Virus record (IMG/VR): IMGVR_UViG_3300045988_177721
Coordinates: 1-55,314 of that record
Source: a virus
Reading direction: 5' to 3' (one strand)
Length of the DNA: 55,314 bases
Under the pieces are notes generated by a model, which saw only the letters and a list, made by a program, of their open reading frames with translations, did not search any database and was not told the DNA's origin. Positions 54,522 to 55,314 of this stretch are shown one piece after another. Within the stretch, counting starts at the first letter, position 1, and each line of letters begins with the position of its first letter. The position numbers and the translations under genes are program-made.

Positions 54522-54619
54522 AATTTAACCTCTAATTAATGATGTTTAAAGTTTTTGTTCTTTCATCATATTCTAAATTTAGTACTGAACAAATATTTAA
54601 CTTCTGTATGATATTACCT

Positions 54620-55246
54620 TTAATCAGCATTAATAGTAATTAAACTTAATCCTGGTGCCATATTTTCAACATCTATTTCGCAAGGAACACCGCCGATTTC
54701 ACCTGATTTTTTAAAATCTCCTTGAGCAACTGTCATATAAAGTTTATAGGTTGAACCATTTTTAGCTTTTGCTAACACACCATTAGTTGGACCTAAATCT
54801 AAATCACTTGATACTTCTCCTGGAAGTTCAATATATAAAAATGATAAGTTAATAACTTTTTGTGTGGCGAAACGTGTTAAATGGTTAATATCTGCAAACA
54901 TAATACCAAAACTTAAAGAATCTGTTGCTTTATCATAATCAATTTTTATATCTTTAGGATTTACTTCTTTCATTTTATATTTAACTTCTAATTTATTAGT
55001 TAAAGAAAATTTTTCAATCTCTGCTTGATAAAATTTGCATCGATTACTTTGGTGTAGTGATTCAAATGCTTCTTTAATCTCTGAACAAATAAGTTGTGCT
55101 TCAGCATCGAAATTATTAGTATTTACAAAATCATTCATTCCGAAATTATTTAAATAGGCTGGAAATGGTATTACATTTGAATATTGTCCAGCACTTCTTT
55201 TGTTATTTTCTAAAAAAGATTTAGTAACTAATCTATTTATACTCAT
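54620..55246 (-). CDS. Hypothetical late protein
   Basis: 208-aa ORF with RBS AAGGAGA. Its start is 22 nt after the phosphoesterase stop, across the circular junction. Confidence 0.55.
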   Translation of the reverse strand: MSINRLVTKSFLENNKRSAGQYSNVIPFPAYLNNFGMNDFVNTNNFDAEAQLICSEIKEAFESLHQSNRCKFYQAEIEKFSLTNKLEVKYKMKEVNPKDIKIDYDKATDSLSFGIMFADINHLTRFATQKVINLSFLYIELPGEVSSDLDLGPTNGVLAKAKNGSTYKLYMTVAQGDFKKSGEIGGVPCEIDVENMAPGLSLITINAD

Positions 55247-55259
55247 TTTAATTAATCTC

Positions 55260-55314
55260 CTTTTTTTATTATAATATAGCTTTAAATTGCTTTGTACTTC
55301 CGCTTAGAATAATA
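55260..55314. repeat. Second copy of the 55-nt terminal direct repeat
   Basis: Identical to 1-55. Confidence 0.85.

Noticed and set aside
1-55314. Alternative genetic code (TGA=Trp, Mollicute-like) suggested by the extreme AT content
   Set aside because: Long ORFs (up to 985 aa) are uninterrupted under the standard code and Trp is encoded by TGG throughout. Strong Shine-Dalgarno usage fits a Firmicutes-type host.
1-55314. Linear protein-primed genome with inverted terminal repeats (suggested by the phi29-like PolB)
   Set aside because: The ends are a direct 55-nt repeat, not inverted, and coding continues across the junction. No terminal-protein gene is recognisable next to the polymerase.
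1-55314. Lysogeny module (integrase, repressor, attP), DGR reverse transcriptase, toxin-antitoxin, endolysin
   Set aside because: No tyrosine or serine recombinase motifs, no RT motifs and no amidase, lysozyme or CHAP signature could be found. A temperate lifestyle is not supported, and the endolysin remains unidentified.

Overview
The window is a complete, circularly closed or terminally redundant genome (about 55.26 kb unique sequence) of a very AT-rich tailed phage (Caudoviricetes-like). The first 55 nt (1-55) are identical to the last 55 nt (55260-55314), and reading frames and gene spacing continue across that junction. The genome uses the standard genetic code, has strong Shine-Dalgarno sites and an extended -10 early promoter, which suggests a low-GC Firmicutes-like host. 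There are two large transcription blocks. (1) A minus-strand late/virion block runs from 15535 through the origin to 44112. It holds portal-like, tail-chaperone/tape-measure-like, baseplate-like, LRR fibre, holin, scaffold-like, capsid-like, connector, sheath-like and tube-like genes. It also carries a small Tad2-like (DUF2829) gene and a metallophosphoesterase. (2) A plus-strand early/replication block runs from 16214 to 43981. It is driven by six copies of a nearly identical roughly 90-bp promoter cassette (TTTACA-N17-TGnTATAAT plus a conserved leader). It encodes many small proteins and three paralogous two-domain DUF2829 (Tad2-like) proteins. The replication genes are a P4/D5-type SF3 helicase, an AEP prim-pol, a Sak4-like ATPase, a PD-(D/E)xK nuclease and a compact phi29-size family-B DNA polymerase. 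A nucleotide-modification cluster contains dCMP deaminase, a Tmk-like kinase fusion, a ThyA-family enzyme with Asp at the position of the ThyA specificity Asn (dCMP-hydroxymethylase-like), a sugar-nucleotidyltransferase-like gene and dUTPase. The block also carries a MuF-like minor head protein, the large terminase, an SNF2 ATPase, an HExxH membrane protein and a VRR-NUC nuclease. The two blocks diverge at a 680-bp control region (15536-16213) with an iteron-like array and converge on a perfect bidirectional terminator (44041-44083). A conserved hairpin whose stems covary but whose 20-nt loop is invariant occurs four times, in front of or at the ends of transcription units, and looks like an undescribed cis-regulatory RNA or DNA element. 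No tRNA, rRNA, CRISPR array, integrase or recognizable endolysin was found.
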